Source: Eledone cirrhosa (lineage: Eukaryota). Taken from it: 64,000 bases of DNA. Below the pieces are notes generated by a model. It was not told the origin of the DNA, searched no databases, and saw only the letters and a list, made by a program, of their open reading frames with translations. Location: assembly GCA_964016885.1 (NCBI GenBank), contig OZ024741.1:89900001-89964000 (forward strand). The letters are read 5' to 3'. Shown here piece by piece: positions 27,345 to 39,753 of the stretch; the stretch's first letter is position 1, and each line of letters opens with the position of its first letter. Made by a program: the position numbers and the translations under genes.

Positions 27345-27615
27345 TCCGTCGATTTCGACGACGAGAGTTTCAGTTATTTGATAAGTGGGACGGCTATTTC
27401 GTGAAAATAACGTGCAAGTGGTTGAGCATTCCACAAACACATGCACCCTTAATGTAGTTCTCGGGAAGATCCAGTGCGACACATTGCATGTAACAAGGCT
27501 GGCTCTTTGAACTACAGGTTCAACTCATTTTTGCCAGCTGACTGGAATGGGGCAACGTGAAATAAAGTGTCTTGTCCAAGGACATAATGCATCGCCGGAA
27601 ATCGAACTCACATCG
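27345..27615 (-). mobile_element. CORE-type tRNA SINE
   Basis: Homologous to 12640-12920. Confidence 0.8.
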
Positions 27616-28289
27616 TCATATGTACCCTTCCTTTTTCAAGATAACAGAGTATAATTCGATGGAGATTTGGCTGCTATTTCTAAGTTCAGCGACAGCATAG
27701 AAGCTCCTTTGTTTGTTCGTAGTTACGTGCCTGGGTGAGACCACTTGGAAGGAAAGAAGGTATATTAGAACGAAGGGAGCACGGGGGATGAGAAAAAGTG
27801 CCTCGACTCTCAAGCGTGAAACTAATATTAACATTTGTACTGCCTCTTCGCTGCCACGTTGTATTTTGTTTTTTGTTTACTATCTCAACTATATATATAT
27901 ATATAGAGAGAGAGAGCTAAATAACTGTGGAAGCAATAGAAAAGGAAGAATGTGGGAGAAAAATCAACCAGCGGCACATATTTTGTTAAATCTTTCATAT
28001 AATGACTGCACTGAGCTCGGTTTTGGCAGGTTGGTAGATGGTAGGAGGAGGAGGAGGAGGAGAGGAGTAAGAAAAGGGAAGAAGATTGAAGGAAATAAGG
28101 GGGAGAGATAGATATAGTTTAACAGATAGAGAAGAAAGTAATCTCACGCTAGCTTATTTATTTATTTACTTGTTTTTGTATTTTTAACCGTTTGCTATTT
28201 TTAAACGTTTGTTTTATCTTCTACATTTTATTTTATAAAGCTGTTTATACAAAAGCAGAAAACACTCTATTGAAAGGAACAAAAAGAGG

Positions 28290-28960
28290 TAAATGAAAAA
28301 AAAAAAGTAAAAAGAATCAAGCAACGAAAGATAGAGAGAGGGGGAGGGACAGACACTATACCCAGCCTGAACAGTGCCTTAGCTGCACCCCGCGGACAAA
28401 ATGGCAAAGGCATTACCGCGGTGAATGGCCAGCTACAATTGTGACAGGAAACTGGCTGTGTCAAGGCACCTTCTATGATGCCGTTCAGAGAGGTGTGACG
28501 CGGGAGCCGGCTTGCACTAAGGCGGAAAGATAACGAGTGTAGACTGAACTAGTCAATAACTGTTCCACAATGGCGTTTGTGTGACTCACACACGCGGTGG
28601 CCGTGGTGCTGTGCCATTCCAATGCGGGTGTCATTCATCAGCAAGAAGGATACCAGTTGATGAGGAAGGCACCTAATTGAGCCAAGCGCCACGGTTTGGT
28701 TGCGAGGCGGAGCGTAGACAGACGTGACGGTGTTGGTCCAAAGAAGACTCGATCCGCCTGAAGGCGGACTTTCACTTGACGTCATCCCAGTTACATTGGA
28801 CACCGGCATACTGGGGGACTCAAGCCTTCGTCGGTCCAATCAGCCAGAACTTACTCCAGCTCCCGGGCCACGTCAGCTTCTGTCGTCTTGCGGAGGATCT
28901 CATTGATGAGGGTGTTGCTGGAAGAGATTGAAGAGAGATAGACCGACAGTACTAAGTCAC
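28290..28960 (-). pseudogene. CRE-like LINE fragment, internally deleted
   Basis: Parallels 13070-13560 (WDDVK, RIESSLDQH, GAWLN, RHTSLNGII) and carries the same 3' UTR as ~18380-18500. Confidence 0.75.
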
Positions 28961-29259
28961 GAGTTATTGTATTTTTTAAACTGCTTAGTTAGAGAAAGGG
29001 ACGGCCATGCACATGACCGCCTTGAGTGATGAGACGAAGGGATTTACTTGGTCCGAATGTTTACAATAGAGTGAACTTTGCTAAAGGCACTCAAGGTGCC
29101 AGGTAGTGGTAATAAACAGTGCAATGGATTAAGTCTCCTACATCACCCCCTCTCCAAAAGCAAACAAACCAAAATAACTCAGAACACAAAAAGTCGGAAT
29201 ATATACCACAAGGCATGTCGTCCGTCTCTTTAACAAGCCTGCCAATTCACCATTCGTTA

Positions 29260-29350
29260 TTGGTACTTGATTTTATAGATTTCGAAAGGATGGCATGCAA
29301 AGCTGACCTCGGCGGGATTTTGAACCTAGAACGCAAAGAGCCGGAACGAA
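29260..29350 (-). mobile_element. Meta-type SINE fragment
   Basis: tggtacttgattttatagatttcgaaaggatggcatgcaaagctgacctcggcgggatt. Confidence 0.6.
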
Positions 29351-29444
29351 TACCGAGAAGTCGCACCACTTGCTATAAATGGCAGCTAAGTTTCCATTAA
29401 ATCATACCATACTGTCTTGACAAAAGTAAGCGATACGTTAGGGC

Positions 29445-29546
29445 AGAGGTCCCCAACCACCGGGCCGCAGACCGGTACCGATCATTTTCTACCGGGCCGC
29501 AAATAAATAATTAACTTAAATGACACATAAGTTGGAGACCACTGCG
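29445..29546. mobile_element. hAT/Charlie-like MITE
   Basis: TIRs cagaggtccccaac / gttggagaccactg, with gggccgc subterminal motifs. Confidence 0.65.
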
Positions 29547-29747
29547 TTAGAAAACACAATAAAAGATCACATTAGGTCTAATGAAATACGAGACGATTGT
29601 GGGTGTGACGCATTTAATCATACATCTGACCTGTGATTAAATAGAATACAACGACTATAGTCATTACAAGTCAACATGGTGGCGTCTATATGCAGCTAGA
29701 AATAGGACTGATATAAACGATGCCGATAAGAAGGGTGTACTATTCTG

Positions 29748-29990
29748 CAGTGGCGTAGCCACCAGAGGAAGCCCTTGAGATTTCCACCGCCGTCCCAACA
29801 AAAATTCAACATATTGTTCCAAGAAATCGAAAAGGTCCTTTAACTGTGAGTGGTGTCCCGATATTAAAACCACTTTTATTTCAATACAGCGTATACAAGC
29901 TTTTACAACAGACCCAAAATTGCCACCCCCATAAAAGTGTCACCCGAGGCGGAGCGCCCACCCCTCGCAACATCCGTAGTTACGCTTCTG
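29748..29990. mobile_element. hAT-like MITE
   Basis: Imperfect TIRs cagtggcgtagc / gttacgcttctg; no clear target site duplication (TSD). Confidence 0.5.
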
Positions 29991-30569
29991 TCACTCTATC
30001 TCTAATAATTGTTCATTTTATGTGTCATTGTGTCTCGGAAGATATCAGCAACTTATACCATCATCACCCCAATTAACAGTGTTGTGTGTTCGTTCTCTGG
30101 AGTGCAGAACCCCAGTCGCAAGCAGCCCCATGATCCCAGTGGACAGAATGGAGAAAGTATTACTCCGGAAAATAGCGAGGGAAGCGCGTTGAAATAACCA
30201 TTCCAACTCGCGGGGCTCACTCCAGCGGGTGCCCAACTCCGCCATGAAAGCAATGAGAAAGGTAAGGATTCGGACTCAGATGGTAAGACGTCTCTATTGT
30301 TATATTTTCAACCTAGCGGAAGCGACCGATACTTTAACAGATTGCGATCTCAGTTTGTCGGGTAACAAAACCAGGTCTGTTACCGAATACATCAGATTGC
30401 TACCGGATAATGTTTCACAACATGTCGCGTCCCAGATGAGAAACTTATCACTGGGGAACGGATTGCTAAGCACTCATCTGACAAACAAGAAATAGCAGCT
30501 AAGTCTCTGACAAATTCCGTCCTATTACCTTGAAAGGGTAAGGATGACTTTGTATAATGTAATCCTTAA

Positions 30570-30730
30570 TAAACGCTAAGGTGGTGAATTGATGCAAACG
30601 TTAGATCATGAGAATTCTTTGTAGTATTAGTTCCGACTTTCTGTGCGTTGAGTTCAATTCCCGCCGAGGTCAACTTCACATATCACCCTTTCGAGGTCGA
30701 TAAATAAAGTACCACTCAAGCACTGAAGTC
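30570..30730 (+). mobile_element. Meta-type SINE followed by (CTT)n
   Basis: gagttcaattcccgccgaggtcaac...gaggtcgataaataaagtacc. Confidence 0.75.
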
Positions 30731-30749
30731 CATTTTCTTTCTTCTTCTT

Positions 30750-30776
<27 letters not shown>

Positions 30777-30780
<4 letters not shown>

Positions 30781-31056
30781 ACGGTTCAAGTTTCACCTAT
30801 CCAGGTGAAACTTGAACCGTTAAGGTCTCCTTCCTGGATATGTCAATATTTATAAAACAAACTTTGTATTTTATCTGATGAGAACGTACCAAAGTTTTGG
30901 TACCCTTGAAATATATATAATAGAATAAATATGGTTTTATAAATATAGTTTCCATTTATTAATATCATTGATATTATACTCCAGAAAACTTGTCGAGTGC
31001 TTCGAATCTGTTATAAATATATTTGTTGAATTACCAACAAATTAAATATCCCTTTG

Positions 31057-31060
<4 letters not shown>
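30777..31060 (+). mobile_element. HHR family D element with a 48-bp fold-back at its 5' end (30777-30824); hammerhead at ~30871-30920
   Basis: CTGATGA..gtaccaaa/tttggtac..GAAA-TATA-TA; homologous to 49684-49945; ends in (TA)n. Confidence 0.7.
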
Positions 31061-31125
<65 letters not shown>

Positions 31126-32224
31126 ATATTTCTTCATCGTACTTCCGCTCTCTGAAAAATCCTTGATTATATGTTTGAATGATCAGGGCTGACCATGGGC
31201 TAAACAATTATAATAACACTATTCCTGCCCCCATCGCCATCCAATACAATAATAAAACTATCACTCGATAACCCCCTCCCCCACACACACACCACCACCA
31301 CCACCACCAGTAGGTAATAAGCATATAACCATAGCAGCAGCAGCAGCAGCGACCAAATTAAACATCTCTCAGTAACAGTAAGCCTCCAATAATATTATTT
31401 CTAGTAGATATGATATATTAACCACATTAACAACAATATTACCAACTTGCCAATTAGAATATATTTGGCACACAACATTGTTTATTTTATGTGAAGAACA
31501 CCTCTGAGAAACTATTGTATTCATCATGTTTTATTACTCTTTATTGTTGTTGTTGTTATTGTTGTGTGGACATAGTATAGCCGAATGGCTTCCATTCCGT
31601 CTATCCTCGGAGCTGCGACCTGTGGCACTCTGAAATTAAAAGTAACAACAATATTATCCTCAGTATTCTCACAGGAACAGGGCTGGATCAAGTTCTTTTG
31701 ATGCTTTGCAATGATGCACCCTCATTGCTTGTCTCCTCACCTCGTTCTAAGTCTTAAACATGAGGCACACACTTTCAAATATCCTTCCCAGTTCAAGGGA
31801 AGAAACATTATGACACACCCTGACTAAGTCTTCCTCTAGCTTCTCTTTTGAGTGCATAAGAAACTCCCTTTATTTTCGATTTTACTTGGGTAAATTCCTC
31901 AGATAAGGAAGCACTCTGAATTGTGATATACCTCTTCCAGGCGTTTTTTGTTTACAAAGAAAGCAAAATAGATGTACACAATATGTATACAATAAATTAT
32001 CTAAGGACGAACATTTTCCCACCCCATTTAATTGGGTGGGCGTATAGATATTTTGATGCCTCTTTTTGGTAAAATATATTAAAAAAAACTGCTTTCATCA
32101 CGTAACACGGGGAAAAAATATTTTTTAATCAGAGCTCTTTGGAACGTGACCGTTCACAATAACCAACACCAATGATGATACCTTTATTTGCCACAAGGGC
32201 AACATAAATACATAAAAATAATAA

Positions 32225-32845
32225 TGGTTTCTAATTTTGGCACACAGTTTGTGGGGAAAATCGATTAAACCGACCTCGGTACTTAAATGGAGGATGACTG
32301 GCAAAGTTGATTTGAACTCAGAATGAAGAAAATCGTAAATGCTACGAAGCCTTTTGGCCAGCGCTCTACCGATGCTGGCAATCTAACACCCTCTAAATCG
32401 AAAATTGGCCAGTATCGGAACATTCCCATAATTTGGACGATGCTGTAATTATCTGAGCGAGCCAGCTTTATATACAAAAGTAATAATTGTTTCTACTTTT
32501 GGCACAAGGCCAGCAACTACCCCAGTTCATTACTGGTACTTTATTTTATCGATCCCATAAGGATGAAAGGCAAAGTTAACCTCGGCGGGATTTGAACTCA
32601 GACCGTAAAGGGCCGTAACTCTGTGCTACAAAGCAAGGTTTCTGATTTAGGTACAAGGCTAACACATTTTGGTGGGAGAGGGAAAGTCAATTAAATCGAC
32701 CCCAGCTCATTACTGTTACTTTATTTTATCGATCCCGTAAGGATGAAAGGCAAAGCTAACCTCGGCGGGATTTTAACTGAGGACTTAAAGCGACGTAACT
32801 CTATGCCGGAAAGCATGCCTGACGCTCTACCGATACTGTCAATAA
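32225..32845 (-). mobile_element. Three Meta-type SINE copies
   Basis: Copies at ~32225-32380, 32485-32640 and 32640-32845. Confidence 0.8.
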
Positions 32846-32899
32846 CAATACCAATAATGCAAAAACAACAAAAGCAAAAATAAAACAACAAATTATTAT

Positions 32900-33400
32900 T
32901 TTGGATCCATTAAATATTGTGGCCCCTAGCTACAGCCTTGTCAACCAAACAACCCCTCACTCACCCACAAGTTCATAATATCTCTGATAGCAAGAGTGAC
33001 AAGGGTTCGTCTATCACTGAGTGGATGCCACTATACATATTAGTATAGATTACACACACATACACACGCATACTGACTTGGTAAACACCCACAAAATTAT
33101 TAACCATCTTGCCAACAACAACCCTGAGTACCTTTTTGATTTCCATGTGTCTAACACACGTGGGCATGCTCACAAAGCCAGAAAACAACACAGTTCCCAT
33201 GACTTTCGGAAACATTTTTTCACGCTCAGAGTTGCTGAAGCATGGAACAAACTACCTGCATCAGTTATTAGCTGTCGAGACACTGTATCCTTTAAAACGT
33301 CCATGCTTCCTGAGATTCGCCAATACTACACCTAATATTTCCCCTCTATAGACACATGTATATCATGACTCATACATTATTCACTTCCCTGACATTTGTA
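32900..33400 (+). pseudogene. CR1-clade LINE 3' fragment
   Basis: DLVNTHKII..TRGHAHK..RKHFFTLRVAEAWNKLP..SFK, the typical CR1 ORF2 C-terminus. Confidence 0.85.
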
Positions 33401-33409
33401 TATTATTCT

Positions 33410-33857
33410 CTCGGCGGGATTTATGGTCTGAGTTCAAATCCCGCCGAGGTTAACTTTGCCTTTCATCCTTACAGGGTCGATAAAATAAAGTACTAGTAAT
33501 GTACTGGGTATTGCTGGCCTTGTGCCCAAAGTAGAAACAATTATTCTATGTACTATACATGCATCTTTGACGAGTTGTAGTGCACCTGAGCACTTTACAC
33601 AATAATTTCATTCATTATTATTATTTATCTACGGTGGATTGGCAGTATCGGTAGAGGGTCGGACGCCATGCTTTGCAGTATAGAGTTACGGCTCTTTGTG
33701 ATCTGAGCTCAAATCCCGCCGAGGTTAACTTTGCCTTTCATCACCTGATGAGATCAGTGATAATCGATCATGGCTTCACAATCGATCTATCTCTTATTGA
33801 AACATGTGTCGTGATTAAATGATTGGAATTTTACCTTGCCTTCGGATTTTCATTTTG

Positions 33858-33901
<44 letters not shown>

Positions 33902-34700
33902 ATATATATAGAGAGAACGGCTCTTCTTTCAAACATTGAAATAATATAGAAAAATACAACTGTGCTAAGCTAGATCATTTTTATTAAACATTTCTCGTAT
34001 TTCCACTTTAGCTCTTAATGCTTAGTTTGGAACAATGAGTGGAATTTAGCAGACGAAAACAATGCGGGAGGTTAACTTTGTCTTTCATCCTTACTGGGTC
34101 GATAAAATAAAGAACTAGTAACACAGTGGGGTCGATTTAATCGACTTTTCCTTCCCCCCAAATTGTTGGCCTTGTGCCTGAATCAGAAAGTGTTATTTGA
34201 TCTTTCCGAAGATGGTGGATTGGTAGAGTCGTAATGGCGGTGGATTAAACATGTTTCGGTATTTGTTCCAGCTCACTGCACTCTGTCTTCAAATCCTGTC
34301 GAGGTCAACTTTGCCTCTCATCCTTTCGGAGCCGATAAAATAAAATACCAGTCAAGTATAATCGACCTTCCCTTAAGTTGCTAGCCTTGCGTCCAAATAA
34401 GAAATCATTTAACTTTACCTTTCATCCTTTCGGGGTCGGTAAAATAAAGTATCAGTAATGAACTGGAATAATTGCTGGCCTTGTGCCAAAAGTAGAAACA
34501 ATTATAGAGATCAGACAAATGGTTAGCAATATTTGTTCCGGGATATTTACGGTCTGAGTTCAAATTCCGTCGAGGCCAACTTTGCCTTTCATCCTTCTGA
34601 GGTCGACAAAATAAAGTACCAATCCAGCACTGGCATCAGTATAATTGATTTCCCCACTCACCACAAATTGCTGGCCTTGTGCTTAAATTAAAAATAATTT
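33410..34700 (+). mobile_element. Cluster of ~6 Meta-type SINE copies or fragments
   Basis: Copies at ~33410-33545, 33625-33740, 34060-34200, 34205-34405, 34410-34505 and 34510-34700. Confidence 0.8.
33740..33815 (+). ncRNA. Hammerhead-like motif with enlarged stem II region (family G)
   Basis: atcac-CTGATGA-(47 nt)-GAAA-CATGTG-TC-gtgat; a TA run follows ~45 nt downstream. Confidence 0.65.
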
Positions 34701-35039
34701 TTTTTTAGTCTCTCCACTTACAAAAAAAAAAAAAAATCAAGGTGATGACGTAATGGTATTTTGGCACTACCAACTGTTCTTTTAACCAGAGGGCACCTTC
34801 CTAGTGATATTTGCAACATTGAAGTTAGTGGCAGTAATAAAGTGTGAGGGGGGGAGGTAAAGAAGAGGAATGCTGTTGAAATAGAGTGAACGGAGATGTG
34901 TAGTAGATTTAGAGTTGGAGGGATATATGGTTGGGATAGAGCAGAGGTATGAGGGAGTATAGAGTAGTTGTTATGATAGGTGAGTGTGGGGGTGGGGGGT
35001 GAACGTTGTGCTGACTTAGAATTGTTACGTTGGTTTTGC

Positions 35040-35350
35040 CGTTATTGCTGTTGTTGTTACTGTGGCTGTTTCTGTTGTTGTTGGTGGTGGTGGTGGCAAG
35101 TGGTGTTATTTATGGTTGAGGTAGTGATGGGAGTGGTGGTTATCGTGGTTGTGGTGATAGTGGTGGTTGTGGTAGTGATGTTGGGGCGATTATAGTGATG
35201 GTAGTGGTTGTGGAGGTGATGTTATGGCAATGATGGTGGAGGTTGTGATAGTGTTAGTGGTGGTTTTTATGGTGGTTGTGGTGATGATGATGATAGTAGT
35301 TGTGATAGTAGTGATGATGTTAGTGGTTGTGATGGAGGTGGTTGTGGTGA
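35040..35350 (+). repeat. Degenerate (GGT/GTT/GAT)n low-complexity tract
   Basis: Seen directly. Confidence 0.9.
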
Positions 35351-35682
35351 TGTGTGTGTGTGTGTGTGTGCAGAGCTGTAGGGTGGCGGTGTAGCAGCCT
35401 AGATATATTGTACTGTTTTTGTACTGTTTCTCTACTATCTAGTCCAGGGCTTTTCAAATGGCAGGCTCCCACCCATCACTCCTATGAGTTTTAAAGTAGT
35501 GACTATGTCACTGACTTATTCTCGACAAAAACAAGAGAGAGCGGCCAACAGACAGTCTGTTTCTCGCTTGTGACCGTTTATCAAGACCACACACTCAGTT
35601 GCCTTTGCTGAGAATTATAGAGGCTGGATTCTTATAGAATTCCAGTAATAATCAGGAGCTGATTAACCAGAGCGATTACCGC

Positions 35683-35753
<71 letters not shown>

Positions 35754-35756
<3 letters not shown>

Positions 35757-35952
35757 CGTTTCTGAATTTGTTTAGCAAGATTCTTTATCTGAAAACGTGT
35801 GTTAAAACCGATATTGTTATACTTTGGGAGGGTCATGTTGCCAATAAGAAACACAGGCACCAGTTGCTTTCACTTTAATTTATTATAAATTAAATTGAAG
35901 TGAAAGCAACTGGTGCGTGTGTTTCTTATTGGCAACATGACCCTCCCAAAGC

Positions 35953-35958
<6 letters not shown>
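35754..35958. repeat. Family B 3'-end fragment with fold-back centred at ~35886
   Basis: Matches 6520-6640; 35815-35883 is inverted at 35888-35955. Confidence 0.85.
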
Positions 35959-36016
<58 letters not shown>

Positions 36017-36043
36017 TAGTTCCACAGAAGTTAGTTCACCGTA

Positions 36044-36084
36044 CCGAAAACAAATGTTTCACCTTATGCGGATCTTCAGCTCGG
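36044..36084 (-). ncRNA. Type I hammerhead motif (family L), with a partial inverted copy at 36090-36108
   Basis: ccgag-CTGAAGA-t-cc-gcataa-gg-t-GAAA-CATTTG-TT-ttcgg. Confidence 0.65.
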
Positions 36085-36396
36085 AAACTGAGCTGAAGAT
36101 CCGCATAAATCAAGGACATAGCCCCTGTGCTTAGTGTGCAGTGAAGACATTTCGAAAATGTTGACGGTGGGTGTATGCATGCGTTTATGTGTGTGTAAAG
36201 ATTTGAAATTCAGTATACATAGAGCTTAAAACATGTGGGACAGCGATCGTCCTTGGACTGCAAGTACACGTAGTTGTGAGCAACTCGACATATGTTAAGC
36301 CGAAATAGCGTTCCGCAGTGAGTCGGAAAACAGTCTAAATTGAAGTAAAAGCTGTGGCTACTTACACAAACTTCCTAAACCTACACACACACACAC

Positions 36397-36443
<47 letters not shown>

Positions 36444-36816
36444 CATATGGTAAACAAACCTGGAGCACAAACCTCTCAAAGAAGGTAATAGAGGTGGCTC
36501 TAAGATTAGTAAAAAAAACCACTAGAGAGTTAGAAACTCCTCTAGGAAAGTCGCGTGTACTTTCAGCTGGGTGTGTCAAATAACTGCACTATGTCACAAC
36601 AATGTCAGGCGTTTAATCTAATAGCGGGAGGGCACTTCACGTAATGTTGGGTGTGGTTTTTGACTCACTCTGTGATCCCACTTTTGACATTTCTCTACAG
36701 CTAACATTGCTTCGGAAAAAAATTTACATGTTCTATGCACATACGTACATGTACATTAGATATATATTATATATAATATAGAAATATATATGTATTGCAT
36801 AATATACACACACAGG

Positions 36817-36912
<96 letters not shown>

Positions 36913-36999
36913 TACATACCTACATATATACATAGATACATACACATATTATATATATATACTTAATATATATGGTAGAGTGGAATTTTTATGGTGTTT

Positions 37000-37730
37000 T
37001 GTAGCAGATGTTAACCATAAACCAAGAAGGAACATAAAACATAGAAGACAGTTTTGAAAAAACTACCACCCTGAACACTCCGAATAACACTTGGGGGCCA
37101 CAAATTAAACTTTCACAAATAACCCCTCCTGAATAGAAGTTGGATATGTGGACAATCTTATAATTCAAATTCACCCCGATGCAATAACACCATATTTGCA
37201 ATTAATTGTTTCAACGTTATTGATAAAAAATATTTATACCAATTCATAAAATTTAACATACGAGATGTTTATCTCTTAATGACGAAGATCCTGGCTTAAA
37301 AGCACTTATATTTGTCAAAAGCTGCAATACATTCACAGATACTAGTAATCAGACAAAGGAATAAAGAAGACGACCTTACATTAATCAAGGTAACGACGAG
37401 TTGCAAAGACTGAGCTAAGATTTGCGAAATCATAGCCCACACCATATTACACGTATTACAAACCGAATTTAGCAAACTAGTGACAATTGACATGAATGGT
37501 CACCAACAGGAAAATGTCAAGAAAATCCTCATCATCACTTTCAAAGAATTCAGTATAAAAATCACAGTAGACAGAATCCTAGACACGGCAAATTTAGTCG
37601 ACATTACACTAAACACAGTAATAGCTACCATCCGTTTTCTAACACCAACGAAAGTTCCAAATACCCACCCTCTATAATAAAAAACCTAGTCAAAAGACTA
37701 AGCCTAGACTTACCTGAAGTAATCTACTTG
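37000..37730 (+). pseudogene. Highly degenerate Penelope RT (tentatively Nematis-like)
   Basis: FIKFNIRDVY..KALIF, AKICEII, KKILIITFKEFSIKITV..ANLVDITLN. Confidence 0.6.
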
Positions 37731-38934
37731 GAGTACTACAAAATATGCTAACCACAATTGCCACCATCTAAAGCAACACTACATCACATCTCATTCCATT
37801 ATTCTCCCGCCCCCAATAACCCTTTGCATTGTCTCCACTTATTTACATGTTGTTCACGCTCGTTGCTGATACATTTAGTTATCCAGGCATATTTAGAGCC
37901 ACGCGTTATTATGTTATAGCTCTGTATCATTAAAATTCAGTCACACATTTGTATGATGACATTATCGGGAATCATGAATAGTTAGAATAAATTATGCCAA
38001 ATACATATACATTCTCAACTAGTTTGTATTCACTGTTCATTTGAAACGATTCTCTCTTACTCTTCTAGTAAGAAAAGCCCCCAAAGCACACGGACACTCA
38101 CACTCACATACATACATTAGTAACTGCCTCAATACAAATCTTGAGAAGCTGGGCTTCACAGGAACAGAAAGAACACAACTAGTTAGGAAATAACGAGTAC
38201 AATCCAGTAACGAGTACAAAACAGTAAAAATATGTAAAACATTCCAAACATTTTGCATCTAATAACTACATATACACATGTACAGATACTAAGCATATAC
38301 ACATGTGCACATACAACTTAAAACATCCACATCCACACATACAATAACATCCATATCTACACATGCATGCAGACATGCAGACATATCTACCTAGTTGATG
38401 TTGTGTAAATTCCAATGAGAGAGTTTTGTGTCTATGTTAGAAACCGACTCACTCTCTATTGGCAAACATTTGTGAAATTATAAAACCAGAAGAACATACA
38501 TACATACATACATACATACATACATACATACGTTCATGATGATGAGTGCAACACGAATTTCGAGTAATGTCATCGCTTTATACTTAAGCAGGGACGTGGT
38601 TCTTTTAGTCCTGCTAGGACTTGCCTATGGCTAGCAATACCACACAAAAACATGTCATATATCAAGCGATGCCTATGCTTGAAGCTTTTTTAAATGAGGA
38701 AAGGCTTTGCACGGGGGCCAATCTCACTTTCTAAACATCGAATGCATTGCCCAAAAAGATGGTCTACATCATTGGATGCAAACAAAGTCGCAGGTTTTAT
38801 ATCAGAGTGACCTTCTTCTAGGGAGATGTCTTAATGAAGATTAGGAGTCTCTCGCTCCACAAAAAGGCATACATACATGTATACATACATACATACAGAG
38901 AAACAGAGATACAAACATACATATATGTTCTTGT

Positions 38935-39320
38935 ATTTGTTTTGCAAGATTCTTGTTGGGAAATTGTGTTGAAACAGATACTGTTATACTTCGGGAGGGT
39001 CACGTTGCTTATATATAGGAGCAAATCATGGAACAGTATAAAGAGAATAAAGAAGAGAGCAGATATGGTCAACTCACGGTATGCCAGCGAAAAATACCTG
39101 AGTGTGATGTTCGTCCATGTTACCTCAAGGCAATCAGCGTGTAGATTTAGAAGGGCTTTAGATAAATTAAAATTAAAACTTAAGATAGTAGAAAAACCAG
39201 GAATTCCAATAAAAGCCCCGACCAGCAGAGCATACAATTTAAAGAACCCACACTGTACTGATAGGTATTGTATAGTCTGCAAAATGGCCATTGACTCTAA
39301 GAGCTCCTTTGCCCTTTGAC
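38935..39320 (+). pseudogene. Penelope linker-region fragment preceded by an inverted family-B-like pLTR end (38935-39010)
   Basis: YLSVMFV..RFRRALDKLKLKLKIVEKPG.PIK..CTDRYCIVC; 38935-39010 resembles 60930-61005. Confidence 0.55.
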
Positions 39321-39530
39321 AGGTTTTGTTTTTAGTCCTGCAGGATGTCCAAAGTCACCCTCCTCACCAAGAAACCTTGATGGGGTTGCCAGTTTAGTCG
39401 CCAACGACCCGACCATGAGACAGGTTGTACTGGGATACATGTTACCAGTAGCACCAACTGGTGATCTGACATATATATATATATACATACGTACATACAT
39501 ATACATGCACGCATGCATACATACATTCAT

Positions 39531-39590
<60 letters not shown>

Positions 39591-39658
39591 ATCAATGTAT
39601 GTATGCATGGATACATCTTTCGATTTTAGTCTTCAAATTTATTATTATTATTACTATA

Positions 39659-39694
<36 letters not shown>

Positions 39695-39718
39695 TGTATG
39701 TATGTATGTATGTATGCA

Positions 39719-39753
<35 letters not shown>

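Noticed and set aside
34980-35195. Cys/Trp/Val-rich membrane protein ORF
   Set aside because: Translation of a degenerate trinucleotide repeat.
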